Source: Histomonas meleagridis 2922-C6/04-290x
Lineage: Eukaryota > Protista > Parabasalia
Length of the DNA: 38,651 bases
Direction: 5' to 3'
Assembly (NCBI GenBank): GCA_020184695.1
Contig: JAANOX010000131.1
Location: 1-38,651 of the forward strand
A program made the translations under genes and the position numbers. The notes under the pieces are model-generated. The model ran no database searches. It was not told the origin of the DNA and worked only from the letters and a program-made list of their open reading frames with translations. Shown in pieces: positions 10,480 to 21,155 of the stretch. Position 1 is the first letter of the stretch. Each line of letters starts with the position of its first letter.

Positions 10480-12018
10480 CATTTTACTCACAAAACAAAG
10501 AGTTTGGTATATATTTCAATTTTTTAAATTTAATTCAAGATAAAGAAGAAGAAAGAGACGAAAAATGTCCAAAAATTATAAAAATTTTTGCAACACAAAT
10601 ATCAAAAATTAAATCACAGGAAGCATATTATCTTCTTGGAAAAATGATTGAACAAAATTTAGTTGATTTAAGTATATTAGCAAATATCGACATGAGATAT
10701 TTTGCACATTATAAAAATGAATGCATACGAATTCATGATTATGGTCCAGAGATCCCAAGAACATGTTTAAGTAATTTAGAACGAAAGGATAAATTTTCTA
10801 AATACTTTGATAATAACTTTAAAGAACTTTCCAAGAATGATTGGGAACTTCATAAGAAATTAATTGAAGAAGGAAATAATCCAAATGAAATTGCGAAAAT
10901 AATTCGAAATGATGAAATAGAAAAACTTCAAGAAATATCATCACAAAATGGTTTTAATTTTAATCAAATAATTGAAACATCAATTTATGAAAGACATTCA
11001 CTGGTTAATGATGACAAAGTTACATTAATTGATTATGCAGCATTTTTTTCTGCAGTTAAATGTTTTAAATATTTGTTAATGGAGGGTGCAAACATTGAGA
11101 ATACAGGTAAATATGCAGTTGCATGTGGAAATAATGAAATAATACATTTATGTGAACAAAAACATTCATCATTTGAAGATTAAACAGCCCCAGCAGATCA
11201 TCGAAATGATATCTTTAAATATCTTTATGAAAATAAAATTCTTAAATTTAAAAAATTACATTATTTAGGGAAAATATGTATTTTTTATAATAATTATGAA
11301 ATTTATTATTCTTGATTGAAAACGGATTAGAAATTACAAATGAAAATATTGATGCAGCCGCAGAAAATGGAATTTATATCTTGTTGAATATTTTCTCCAA
11401 ATAGCCAAATTCCAAATGATATTTTATCTTATTCTGCGAAATCTGGCAATATCGAACTAGTTGAATATATAATTAAAAAAAAATATTTTCAAATTATTTG
11501 GATTATTTAATTCTTCACTTATGATTTCATTCTCTAATGGACATACTGAAATTGTTAAATTACTTTTGGATCAAAAAGGAATTAATTTCAATATATATAA
11601 TATTTGTTTGTTTTATTGAGATTTAATTTTTATAATTCTTTATTTTAAAATAATATTTGGAAATTATTTAAATTATATGTTACAGCACTTATGAATACAT
11701 CTGAAAATGGTCATATAGATATAGTTAAATTACTTCTTGAAAAAGAAGGAATTAATGTTAATGCTGTAGATATTTATTTATTTTATTTGATATTTATTTT
11801 AACAATTTTGGATTTCAAAATAATATTTGAAAATTATTTAAATTATTTGATAGAGCACATATTGAAGCATCTTCAGAAGGTCATACAGAAATAGTTAAAT
11901 TATTTCTTGAAAAAGAAGGAATTAACATTAATGCTAAAGATATTTATTTATTTTATGTAAAATTTATTTTAATGATTTGATATTTCAAAATAATATTTGG
12001 AAATTACAAAATTCATCG
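10480..12018 (+). pseudogene. Decayed DUF3447-like + ankyrin gene with 17-nt insert clusters (locus C)
   Basis: ORF 10644-11183 is a paralog of 12374-13180, with a premature TAA at 11181-11183 and further stops and frameshifts. Downstream repeats decode as N-R-F-G-V-TALMNTSENGH (11602-11681) and D-D-W-E-D-RAHIEASSEGH (11772-11851), then D-K-D-G before truncation. Confidence 0.75.
11602..11998 (+). other. Cluster of eleven 17-nt intervening elements (locus C)
   Basis: Two 80-nt hairpins (11602-11681, 11772-11851) plus three inserts at 11942-11998. Confidence 0.8.
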
Positions 12019-12373
12019 GGTGGCTAAATTCGATCTGTGTTTTAATTATGGTATTTATCAAAATATATATATTTTCGATACGTAAATAGGTTTATATATC
12101 TAATTTATATAAAATGTATTATATAATCAAACAATCGTAATACGCATGAAACACTTCTACAAAGGTGTCAAATAGAATACAACAATATCTTCCACACAAA
12201 AAGTTGAAGGGTTCATTAATCCATTTGTTTCATATGAGACAAAACGAGTATACAACTCTACAACAAATTTTTTCATGCAAGCGCAGAAGGCTCGAGCGGT
12301 TGTGATCGCATTTCATCGAAAAAGCCCGCAGAAGTGGGTTGTAATGTGATTGAATAGTTTACATCGAAATTGA

Positions 12374-14045
12374 ATGAATTATGAGAATTTCCTTACACCT
12401 GGTGTAAAAAATTATTATTTAAGGAAATATAGTTTTATAAATTATGAAGGACTTTCAAAGAATGATTGGGAGCTTCACAAACAATTAATTCGAGAAGGTC
12501 ATAATCCAAATGAAATAGCAAAAATAATTCGAAATGATGAAATAGAAAAACTTCAAGAAATATCATCACAAAATGAATTCGATTTTAATCAAACAATTGA
12601 ACCATCACTTTATGAAAGATGTTCATTTATTAATCATAAAAATGTTACATTAATTGATTATTCAGCATTCTTTGGATCAGTTAAATGTTTTAAATATTTA
12701 TTTATGAATGACGGAAATGTAGAAAACACGGGTAAATATGCGGTTGCAGGTGGAAATGAAGAAATCATTCATTTATGTGAACAAAATCATTCATCATTTA
12801 AAGATGCATATGAAGCAGCAATTAAGTTTCATCGAAATGATATCTTTAAATATTTTTATGATAACAAATTAAAAGAAATTAATAATTTAGAAGAATTAGG
12901 AAAGCTTTGCATTTTATATTATAATAATGAAATATTTTCATTTTTACTCAAAGAGGGAATGAAAATAAATGATGATATTATTAATGAAGCAGCAAATATT
13001 GGAAATGTTTTTTTAGTTGAGTATTTTCTTAAAGATCATTCAATTCCACATGATATATTGGTATTCTCATCTGAGTCAGGAAATATTGAACTTGTTGAAT
13101 ACGTTTTAAAACAAAAAGGAATTGATATTAATGCCAAAGATATTTATTTGTTTTATTTAATATTTATTTTAATGATTTGATATTTCAAAATAATATTTGG
13201 AAATTATTTAAATTATTTTATACAGCACTTATAATTGCATCTGCTCGAGGTCATATAGAAATAGTTAAATTACTTCTTGAACAAGAGGGAATTGATATTA
13301 ATGCTAAAAATATTTCAATGTTATATTCAAAATTTATTTTTATATTATTATATTTCAAAATAATATTTGGAAATTATTTAAAATATTATGGACAGCACTT
13401 ATATTAGCATCTTACAATGGTCATACAGAAATAGTTAAATTACTTCTTGAACAAGAAGGAATTGATATTAATGCTAAAGGTATTTATTTGTTTTATTTTA
13501 TATTTATTTAAATAATTTTGGATTTCAAAATAATATTTGGAAATTATTTAAATTATTTGAAACAGCACTTATGAAAGCATCTGATAATGGTCATACAGAA
13601 GTAGTTAAATTACTTCTTGAACAAGAAGGAATTGATATTAATGCTAAAAGTATTTATTTGTTTTATTTCATATTTATCTTGATAATTTTGGAATATTTCA
13701 AATTAATATTTGGAAATCATTTATATTATTTTGGACAGCACTTATGATGGCATCTTTAAATGGTCATATAGAAATAGTTAAATTACTTCTTGAACAAGAA
13801 GGAATTGATATTAATGCTAAAAGTATTTATTTGTTTTATTTGATATTTATTTTAATAATTTCTTATTTCAAAACAATATTTGGAAATCATTTTAATTATT
13901 TAGAACAGCACTTATGATGGCATCTGATAATGGTAATACAGAAGTAGTTAAATTACTTCTTGAACAAGAAGGAATTGATATTAATGCTAAAAGTATTTAT
14001 TTGTTTTATTTGATATTTATTTCAATAATTTTATGTTTCAAAATA
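12374..14045 (+). CDS. DUF3447-like + ankyrin repeat gene with 22 complete 17-nt inserts, truncated at the 3' end by a mariner remnant (locus B; probably non-functional now)
   Basis: After ...KGIDINAKD the 170-nt units decode to NDGY-TALIIASARGH, KYGW-TALILASYNGH, YWGE-TALMKASDNGH, HWNGW-TALMMASLNGH, DLGR-TALMMASDNGN, then D-Y before the break at 14045. Confidence 0.75.
13130..14045 (+). repeat. Tandem array of about 170-nt units (102 nt ankyrin coding + 4 x 17 nt)
   Basis: ACA-GCA-CTT starts at 13222, 13392, 13562, 13735 and 13905 (spacing 170, 170, 173, 170). Confidence 0.95.
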
Positions 14046-14975
14046 CTAGAGGGGGGACGATAATGTTGTATCCTAAATATTATAAACTCGTAATAAAAGA
14101 TTTTAATTATTTTTTTTAGCTCTACTTATGATATTAGTTACCTTTTTCTTTATGACCCATTAACATCTTTCAATCCATTCGTCAAAAACTTTGGCTAAAG
14201 TATTTTTTGAAATTTCACTCAAAATTTCAGTTATCTTATCGTGCAATTGTTGAAAATCATCAAATTTTTTCCTTCTAGTTGATTCTTTAAAAAACCAAAT
14301 AAAAAGATAGCTGAAGGAGCAAGATCTGATGAATATGATGGCTGTGGAGCTCTTTTAGAATTATTATCAACCAAAATTTTAGTCGAAACATTTGAAGTAT
14401 GGGGAAATGCATTATCGGAATGTAAAACATACGGGTTTTCATTTTTTATTTATCTGTGTGAGTATACAATTTGTTTCATAGGTTTAATTATACTATTAAT
14501 AAAATACTTAGAGTTAAATTTATTACCATCTTTCATTAGATCAACTATAAAGAATTGATCATTATTCCATAAGATAGTTACCATATATTCTATCGTGTCA
14601 ATTATTCATATATAATTCCAGATAAATTTTCTTTTGATAGTGATTACATATGCTTGTGATCATCTGATAAGAAAAACCATGATTCATCCCCAGTTTTGAT
14701 TTAATGAGAAATATTTCTATTGTTAACATTTAATATATCAAGAAGCCTGATTGCTTTTCAAACTTTCTTTATTCATCTCGGATGTCAATTCATATGGAAT
14801 CATTATTAAAATAATAATAATGGAAGCCTAATTTAAATTGATGCAGACAATATTTTATGGTATTAATATTTAGTGCATCTTGGTGATGAACATCATAACT
14901 CTTGTTTAATTTGGCTAACAAGTTTAAAGCCTTTTCGTTTCATAAAAAATATTACTGCACTTTTTTCGACTTCCA
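14046..14975 (-). mobile_element. Degenerate mariner (Tc1/mariner) transposon
   Basis: Minus-strand fragments TGDESWF (14694-14674), VLHSDNAFPHT (about 14430-14397) and PSYSSDLAPSAIFLFGFLKNQLEG...LAKVFDEWIERC are mariner transposase motifs. Many stops and frameshifts. The left boundary follows a TA (14044-14045). No matching second TIR was found. Confidence 0.8.
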
Positions 14976-15217
14976 TAAAAATGAAATACGTTAAAAAAAT
15001 AACAATATGACGATTTATTTTTTATATTTTCTTAATATACCAATATTGGTAGGTATATAATGCGGTCGGGACTGATCCCGGCCTTTTCTTTTAACATAAA
15101 ACGACGAATGTTATATAACGATAAATTTTTCAAGTGAAAACGATTATTTCTTATTGAAATCCTTTTTAAAGTTATTATCGTTTTTTCCAAAATAATTTAA
15201 ATAATTTCATATTTTAT

Positions 15218-16525
15218 TTAAATTTCTTCCAAATTCTGAAACATTGATAATTGTTCCACTGGAATTTCCTTAAACTTTAAATTATACGGATAGTTAGACA
15301 ACATTCTAACCAAGTTTCTATCAAGTTCGCATGTCAGGAAGTTAATAACCTTTCCAAACTTTCCAAACCTTCCAGTTCTTCCTTGTCGATGCAAGTAACT
15401 TATTGGGTCTGGCTCGAAAACTTTCTTTGCTGCATCGGCGGATTCTTTTTTCATCTTTGATGGCATGTCAAAGTTTAGCACGAGTCTGCACGCTGGAATG
15501 TCGATGCCTCTTGATGCGATATCGGTTGTGATCAAGACGTTGAACTTGTTATCTTTGAAACGTTGGAGAACAAGATCACGCTGGGCAGGGCGTAAGTTTC
15601 CGGTGAGAATTTCGGAGCTATAGCCTCTTTCTTTAAGGGCATTTTGTATTTCGGTACACTTGTCTTTCTTCTGGACAAATACAAATGAATGTGATGCTTG
15701 TAAATAATCAAAAATTTGGATGAGAGCATATACACGTGCATCATATCGAATGTTGATGTTGAAATGATCATTGGTTGGTACAAATAATTTGTTCTTTTCA
15801 AGAATGATACGATTTGAGGTGGACATATAAGTATTCATAAATTGATAAACTTGGTCAGTAATGGATGCGGAGAATAAAAGAAGTTGATAACGATCTTTGG
15901 TAAGTTTGGATAATATCATATCAAAAAATTGATGGAAAGTGGGTATTTCAAGAGATTGATCAGCTTCATCAATAACAAAGACACGGACGGAGTTAAGTTG
16001 GAATTCATCAATATGGTTGTCAAGATATTGAGGAGTGGCTATAAGAATTTGAGCAGGACCTTGTGTTTCAGGATCATATGTATAAGGTGGATTCTTAAAC
16101 AAGAGCTGAATGGTAACTGGATAATATGGGACAAATTTGGCAAAATAATCATCGTATATCATTTTGGCTAATATACGACTATGGACTACGCAGATGCATT
16201 GAAGTTGTTTTACTTCTGCGTCAATACGTGCAAGCATAGCAAGAACAAATGTAAGAGTTTTACCAGTTCCATTTTGGCTTTGTGCTATGAGTGACTTATA
16301 TGGCGGTGTAAGAATCATTGGAAGAGCTTTTCCTTGAATCTGAGATGGCTTATCAAAGTGGTTGGCATAAAGAGCTTCAATTAAGTTTTCCTTATCTTTG
16401 ATGATATCAAGTTCATCAAACTCTTTTGCAGAAGCATAAATGTTGTCTTCTCCTTCTTGCTGAATTTCATCTAGTTCTTTGTTTGGCTTGAAAAGCAAGT
16501 CTTCCTTTGAAGCTATTTCAGTCAT
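15218..16525 (-). CDS. DBP5: DEAD-box RNA helicase, Dbp5/DDX19-like
   Basis: FDKPSQIQGKALPMILTPPYKSLIAQSQNGTGKT, DEAD, SAS, RGID, YLHRQGRTGRFG. Start placed at MTEIASKE. Confidence 0.85.
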   Translation of the reverse strand: MTEIASKEDLLFKPNKELDEIQQEGEDNIYASAKEFDELDIIKDKENLIEALYANHFDKPSQIQGKALPMILTPPYKSLIAQSQNGTGKTLTFVLAMLARIDAEVKQLQCICVVHSRILAKMIYDDYFAKFVPYYPVTIQLLFKNPPYTYDPETQGPAQILIATPQYLDNHIDEFQLNSVRVFVIDEADQSLEIPTFHQFFDMILSKLTKDRYQLLLFSASITDQVYQFMNTYMSTSNRIILEKNKLFVPTNDHFNINIRYDARVYALIQIFDYLQASHSFVFVQKKDKCTEIQNALKERGYSSEILTGNLRPAQRDLVLQRFKDNKFNVLITTDIASRGIDIPACRLVLNFDMPSKMKKESADAAKKVFEPDPISYLHRQGRTGRFGKFGKVINFLTCELDRNLVRMLSNYPYNLKFKEIPVEQLSMFQNLEEI

Positions 16526-16838
16526 GCTCTTTGGAATTGACTGGCTTTGTTTGAACAATGCAAGCTTAATTATTTTTACAAACTTCAAGTTTATTCATTT
16601 ATAATAAAAGATTTTTTCGTTACTATTGGATTAAATACAATGTTTTCAAGATTTAATTTAAATTTACTTAAATCAACTTTTTCATGTTCGATGAAATGCA
16701 TACATAAAATTTTTCAAGAAACATCATCACAAACAAGCTCGCACTTTATTACCTTTCCATGGGAAAATTTTTATTGATGATATGCAAAAAAAACTTTTAA
16801 TGTTGAAGAAATGGTTTGACAAAGTCTGTTTGATTAAA

Positions 16839-17861
16839 ATGTTTGATGATGACTTTGGTTATGAAGAAAAATCGTGCTTAGCTCCTGCGCCATTCAAGGT
16901 ATTCCCAATTAAAGTAAACGGGACCGATTGGTCAATGCACCTTGAGTGGGTTCATCAGCCTCGAACTGCTTTAATTATCGAAAAAATTCATGATCCAGAG
17001 TCACGTCATTATTTAATCAAATCAGCAGAATTTTTATTTCATCAGCGTAAGTTTGCTGTGTTTGTTGAACGCTATGCTTATAAAGAACTACAAAATTTTT
17101 CTTATCTTCATCCTTTTGATAATGAAACCAATAGCCAGCATGTCGATTTTGTTTTAGCGTTTGGTGGTGATGGTACTCTACTCCATATTTCCACTTTATT
17201 TCCAAATGATTGTCCACCAATTATGCCTTTTGCTATGGGATCTCTTGGTTTTCTTACACCATTTTTAGCCGATGATTATCAACAATGTATTGATGATCTC
17301 ATTCTTGGGTTTTTTGCTGTTACTACACGAACACGAGCGATTGGCACTATTGTCAGATCAAATGGTACGATTGAAGAACATCAAATTCTCAATGACATCA
17401 CACTCAAGTCGTCATTTACTGATTCCATATGTGCCATTGATTGTTTCATTGACGGCAAATTCTTCACCACCATCTACGGCGACGGTTTAATTGTTGCTAC
17501 ATCAACGGGTTCAACCGCTTACAATTTGAGTGCGGGGGGCCCCATGTTGCACCCATCGGTGTCGTCACTTTTGTGGACGCCGATATGTGCACATTCACTG
17601 AATGCACATCCACTTGTCTTACCTGACTCTGTTGAATTAACACTGGCAGTGTCACCACAAGCAAGAATAAATGAGTACAATGCAGTGTTTGATTCATTTA
17701 AAACGAAAATTGAAAAAGGTGATAAAATTATAATCAAAACAAGTCCACACCCACTGCCGACGGTGTGCCAGCAAATAGCAATGATAGACTGGTTAAACTC
17801 GATATCAAAAGTATTGAGATGGAATCAGCCAATGAGGAATTTAATGGTTGATGACGTATAG
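16839..17861 (+). CDS. NAD(+) kinase
   Basis: GGDGTLL, GSLGFL, LND, GDGLIVATSTGSTAYNLSAGGP motifs. Start placed at MFDDD. Confidence 0.95.
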   Translation: MFDDDFGYEEKSCLAPAPFKVFPIKVNGTDWSMHLEWVHQPRTALIIEKIHDPESRHYLIKSAEFLFHQRKFAVFVERYAYKELQNFSYLHPFDNETNSQHVDFVLAFGGDGTLLHISTLFPNDCPPIMPFAMGSLGFLTPFLADDYQQCIDDLILGFFAVTTRTRAIGTIVRSNGTIEEHQILNDITLKSSFTDSICAIDCFIDGKFFTTIYGDGLIVATSTGSTAYNLSAGGPMLHPSVSSLLWTPICAHSLNAHPLVLPDSVELTLAVSPQARINEYNAVFDSFKTKIEKGDKIIIKTSPHPLPTVCQQIAMIDWLNSISKVLRWNQPMRNLMVDDV

Positions 17862-18094
17862 CTTAATTATATTATCGGAAATTAAATGTTGTTTTTGTGT
17901 ACATTTTTTTTTTTAAGTAACTTTGTGTATCTTAATGGTTTTGGTGAAGAATTAAAAATTGATTAAAAAAAATGACGCAACTTTTCTAAAAACGATAAAG
18001 AATTGACTGGTGTTTGACATGTGTCAAAATTATATTTATTTCAATTTTTGAATTCAGAGTTGGTCATTTGAATTCTTTTGCAACAAAATTTAAT

Positions 18095-18789
18095 TATAAT
18101 CAATTTATTGAACCATAACTTTATGAAAGATGTTCATTTGTTAATACAAAAAATGTTTCATTAATTGATTATGCAGCATTTTTTTCAGCAGTTAAATGTT
18201 TTAAATATTTACTTATGAATGGTGCGAATGTTAATAACACAGGCAAATATGCAATTGCAGGTGGAAATGAAGAAATCATTCATTTGTGTGAACAAAATCA
18301 TTCATCATATGAAGGTGCATATGCAACTGTAATTCAATTTCATCGAAATGATATCTTTAAATTTATGTATGAAAGCAAAATAAGGGAAATTGTTAATTTG
18401 GAAAAATTAGGAAAGGAATGTGTTTATTATCATAATTATGAAATTTTTACATCTTTACTTAAAGAAGGAATGAAAATTAATGATGATATTATAAATGAAG
18501 CTGCTAAAATTGGAAATATATTTCTAATGAAATATTTTTTAGCGGAATCATTTTTCACATTAAAATCAAATAATCTCGAACTAATAAAATTTATTTTGAA
18601 AGAAAAGCCTAGAGAAATTAATGCCAAAGATATTTGTTTATTTAACTTAAAATTTATTTTAATAATTTATTATTTCAAGGTAATATTTGGAGTTAATTTG
18701 AAATATATTGGACATTTCTTATTATTGCATCAAGACATGACAAAATTCAAGCAAAGACAGTAATTGTATATAATAATTTAAATTTTTGA
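18095..18789 (+). pseudogene. 5'-truncated DUF3447-like/ankyrin fragment with four 17-nt inserts (locus D)
   Basis: Paralog of 12374 with an in-frame TAA near 18115 and no upstream portion. Decodes NAKD[18632-48]K[18652-68]I[18672-88]G[18692-708]W-TFLIIASRH...* (18789). Confidence 0.7.
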
Positions 18790-19093
18790 TTTTACCTTTG
18801 TAAACTAAGAATAGTATTTAATTCTAAATCATTTTGCATGGCGATACGATTTGTTGAATGAAGTTCACTTTGTAACATTTACCACCCATTTTATAGCATT
18901 CGGGAGACTGCTAACAGTGTGCCATGAAATGCTTTTCATTTTGGAACATTCCTTATACAGTTCAAACTTTTGCTTTTGTTCATTGCAAATGAAATATTGT
19001 ATTATTTTTGATCGTTGATATAAATATTGAATAAAAAACCGTTGCATGATTTCTTAAGAAATATTTCAACTTTTATTAAAAAAAGAAGAAAAT

Positions 19094-19741
19094 TTAATCT
19101 TTGGTTGCCAACTCACGACCAAGCTGATAAGCTTTCTCAAGTTCCTTTGGAAATACCTCCTTTCTCCTTCTTAATTTTTCTGGTATATCGAACACAGTAA
19201 TTGCATATTTTGAGTAATCTTTGACTTGCTGGGTATTGTATACGCAAAATCTATCGGATTTTCCACGAAGTACGTATTCATTGATTCGCTTGATTTCATC
19301 CATAAGTGTTGGATAATGAAAGTCTTTTGCCATTTCAGGGCCGACATTCATTGTATAGATCATAAGTGTTTTAATTGGCTTTGGAAGAGAAGATGGTTCT
19401 GATGTGTACCTATAGTTGGAGAACCACATTCTTTCCAAAGCAGTATGAAGATAAGATGAAATTTGGCTCCAATAAATTGGAGATCCAATAACAAGAGCAT
19501 CGGCTGTTTTGATTTCTTGGAGGAGTGGTGTAAGATCATCCTTGATAGCGCATTTTCCTGAAGATTCTGGAGTCTTTTTACAGGATAAACAACTTATGCA
19601 TGGTTGAATCTTGAAATCAGAAATATGATAAAGCTTTGTGATGGCACCTGCATCACGAGCGCCTTCAAGGGCTTTTTCTACAACCATGTGTGTGTTCCAT
19701 CCCTTTCTTGGGCTTCCGTTGATGCCTATAACTTTCAACAT
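19094..19741 (-). CDS. Iron-sulfur flavoprotein / NADPH-dependent FMN reductase (flavodoxin-like)
   Basis: KVIGINGSPRKGWNT, CISCLSCKK...C cluster motif, DALVIGSPIYW. Confidence 0.9.
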   Translation of the reverse strand: MLKVIGINGSPRKGWNTHMVVEKALEGARDAGAITKLYHISDFKIQPCISCLSCKKTPESSGKCAIKDDLTPLLQEIKTADALVIGSPIYWSQISSYLHTALERMWFSNYRYTSEPSSLPKPIKTLMIYTMNVGPEMAKDFHYPTLMDEIKRINEYVLRGKSDRFCVYNTQQVKDYSKYAITVFDIPEKLRRRKEVFPKELEKAYQLGRELATKD

Positions 19742-20139
19742 GGAGAAAAATGAGTTGTTGAACCAAACAGTTTGAATACTCATTGAAATATTTCAATACA
19801 ATAATTTTTGAATTGACTACTCAATATTTATCGGGTGTGAAGTGACTTTATTAAAAAAACAGTTTTTTCAACTCGAATTAATTTTATTACTAAAATTTTT
19901 TGGAACTATTAATACTTTTACTTATGTTAAGGGAAATCCGATTGTCATCATCCTTCAAAATTTTAATACTTAATCATTATTAATATTTTCAGTTCGATTT
20001 GTTGTAATAAGAGAACTGTTGTTTTTTATTTTAGATTACTTTTATTTTTCCTTATTTGCTTTTTTTAAGAACATAATACATGACTTCTACATTCGAAAAA
20101 ATTGATATAAATTTGGTGATATATAACATTCGTCGATTG

Positions 20140-20960
20140 ATTCTATGCGATATATCCAATTCACTTTGTTCCTTTATATGACTGTAGCACCATAACGGAA
20201 GTTGCCTTAACATCATCAAAAGCAGATTTGGCAATGAAAGAAGGCTCTACTTCCCCCATTGTAATATATGCACGAAATTTTATTACGATTTGCAAATGCA
20301 TTACTTCCAATTTACGCGATTGAACTTCCAATTAAAATTCTTATGACTGAATGACAGTTTTAATGAGAAGAAACACCAATTGATGTTAATGAATCTGAAA
20401 TACCAATGTAAGTGAGTGCTGTGCAATCTTTAAATGAATAATTTACAATTTATTTTACTTTATTTGGCATTGCAAAGAAATACAATGATTTGCATCAATA
20501 AAATGCTTCGTTTCCAATTGTTATCAGATTATTATTAGTTCTAAATATATATAAATATTGCAATATTTAAATGTAGCATATCCAATTAAAGATATTTCAG
20601 GTGTAAGAGAAATCTCTATTAATAATGAACATCCATAAAATGATTCATTCCAAATTGTTTTCAAAAATAAACCAAATTTAACGCTTCGTTTCCTATTGAC
20701 GTAACTGAAGATCCAATTGAGACATTAATTAAGTTAGAACAATATTTATATAATGCGTCTTTAATGGATTGAGTTGAATTCGGAATTGAAACATTTGTTA
20801 ATGATGAACAATTCATAAATGAATGGTTTCAAATCGATGTCACATGAATGATGAATGTTCAATTTTCAATATTCGTAAGAGAATCTGAAAGATTAATACA
20901 TATCAAGTTTTTGCATAAACAAAATGTAGAATTACCTAATGATGTAAGCTTTTTAAAAAT
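20140..20960 (-). pseudogene. BspA-like leucine-rich repeat gene remnant
   Basis: Fragments such as TIGNEAFY*CKSL...MPNKVK*IVNYSFKDCTALT...IGSNAFAN fit the TpLRR/BspA consensus. Multiple in-frame stops. Confidence 0.7.
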
Positions 20961-21155
20961 AATGTTTATTTAAAAAATTTATTTTTGACATAATCATCTG
21001 ATGATTAAGTTAGTGACAGAATTACTTTATAACAAAAAAATGACACAGTAAAGTTATCAAATTTTCTATCGGTAATTCCCAGAATAAAAAATGAACTACA
21101 AAATATAAAAATTTTAGTATCAAATATTTGAAAAAAAATTATGTTTAAGAGCCAT

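Noticed and set aside
11181-11183. Stop-codon reassignment as the explanation for broken ankyrin and BspA frames
   Set aside because: TAA, TAG and TGA all terminate well-conserved genes here, and the ankyrin breaks are frameshifts resolved by 17-nt removal. Isolated stops in loci C and D and the BspA remnant occur with other decay.
11691-13407. Small ORFs 11691-11894 and 13177-13407 (likewise 5389-5577, 5495-5701, 30149-30457) as separate genes
   Set aside because: Each is a piece of an interrupted ankyrin gene read partly through the inserts.
13130-14045. CRISPR-like array or simple satellite
   Set aside because: The constant part encodes ankyrin helices in a eukaryotic gene. There are no cas genes and no repeat-spacer structure.
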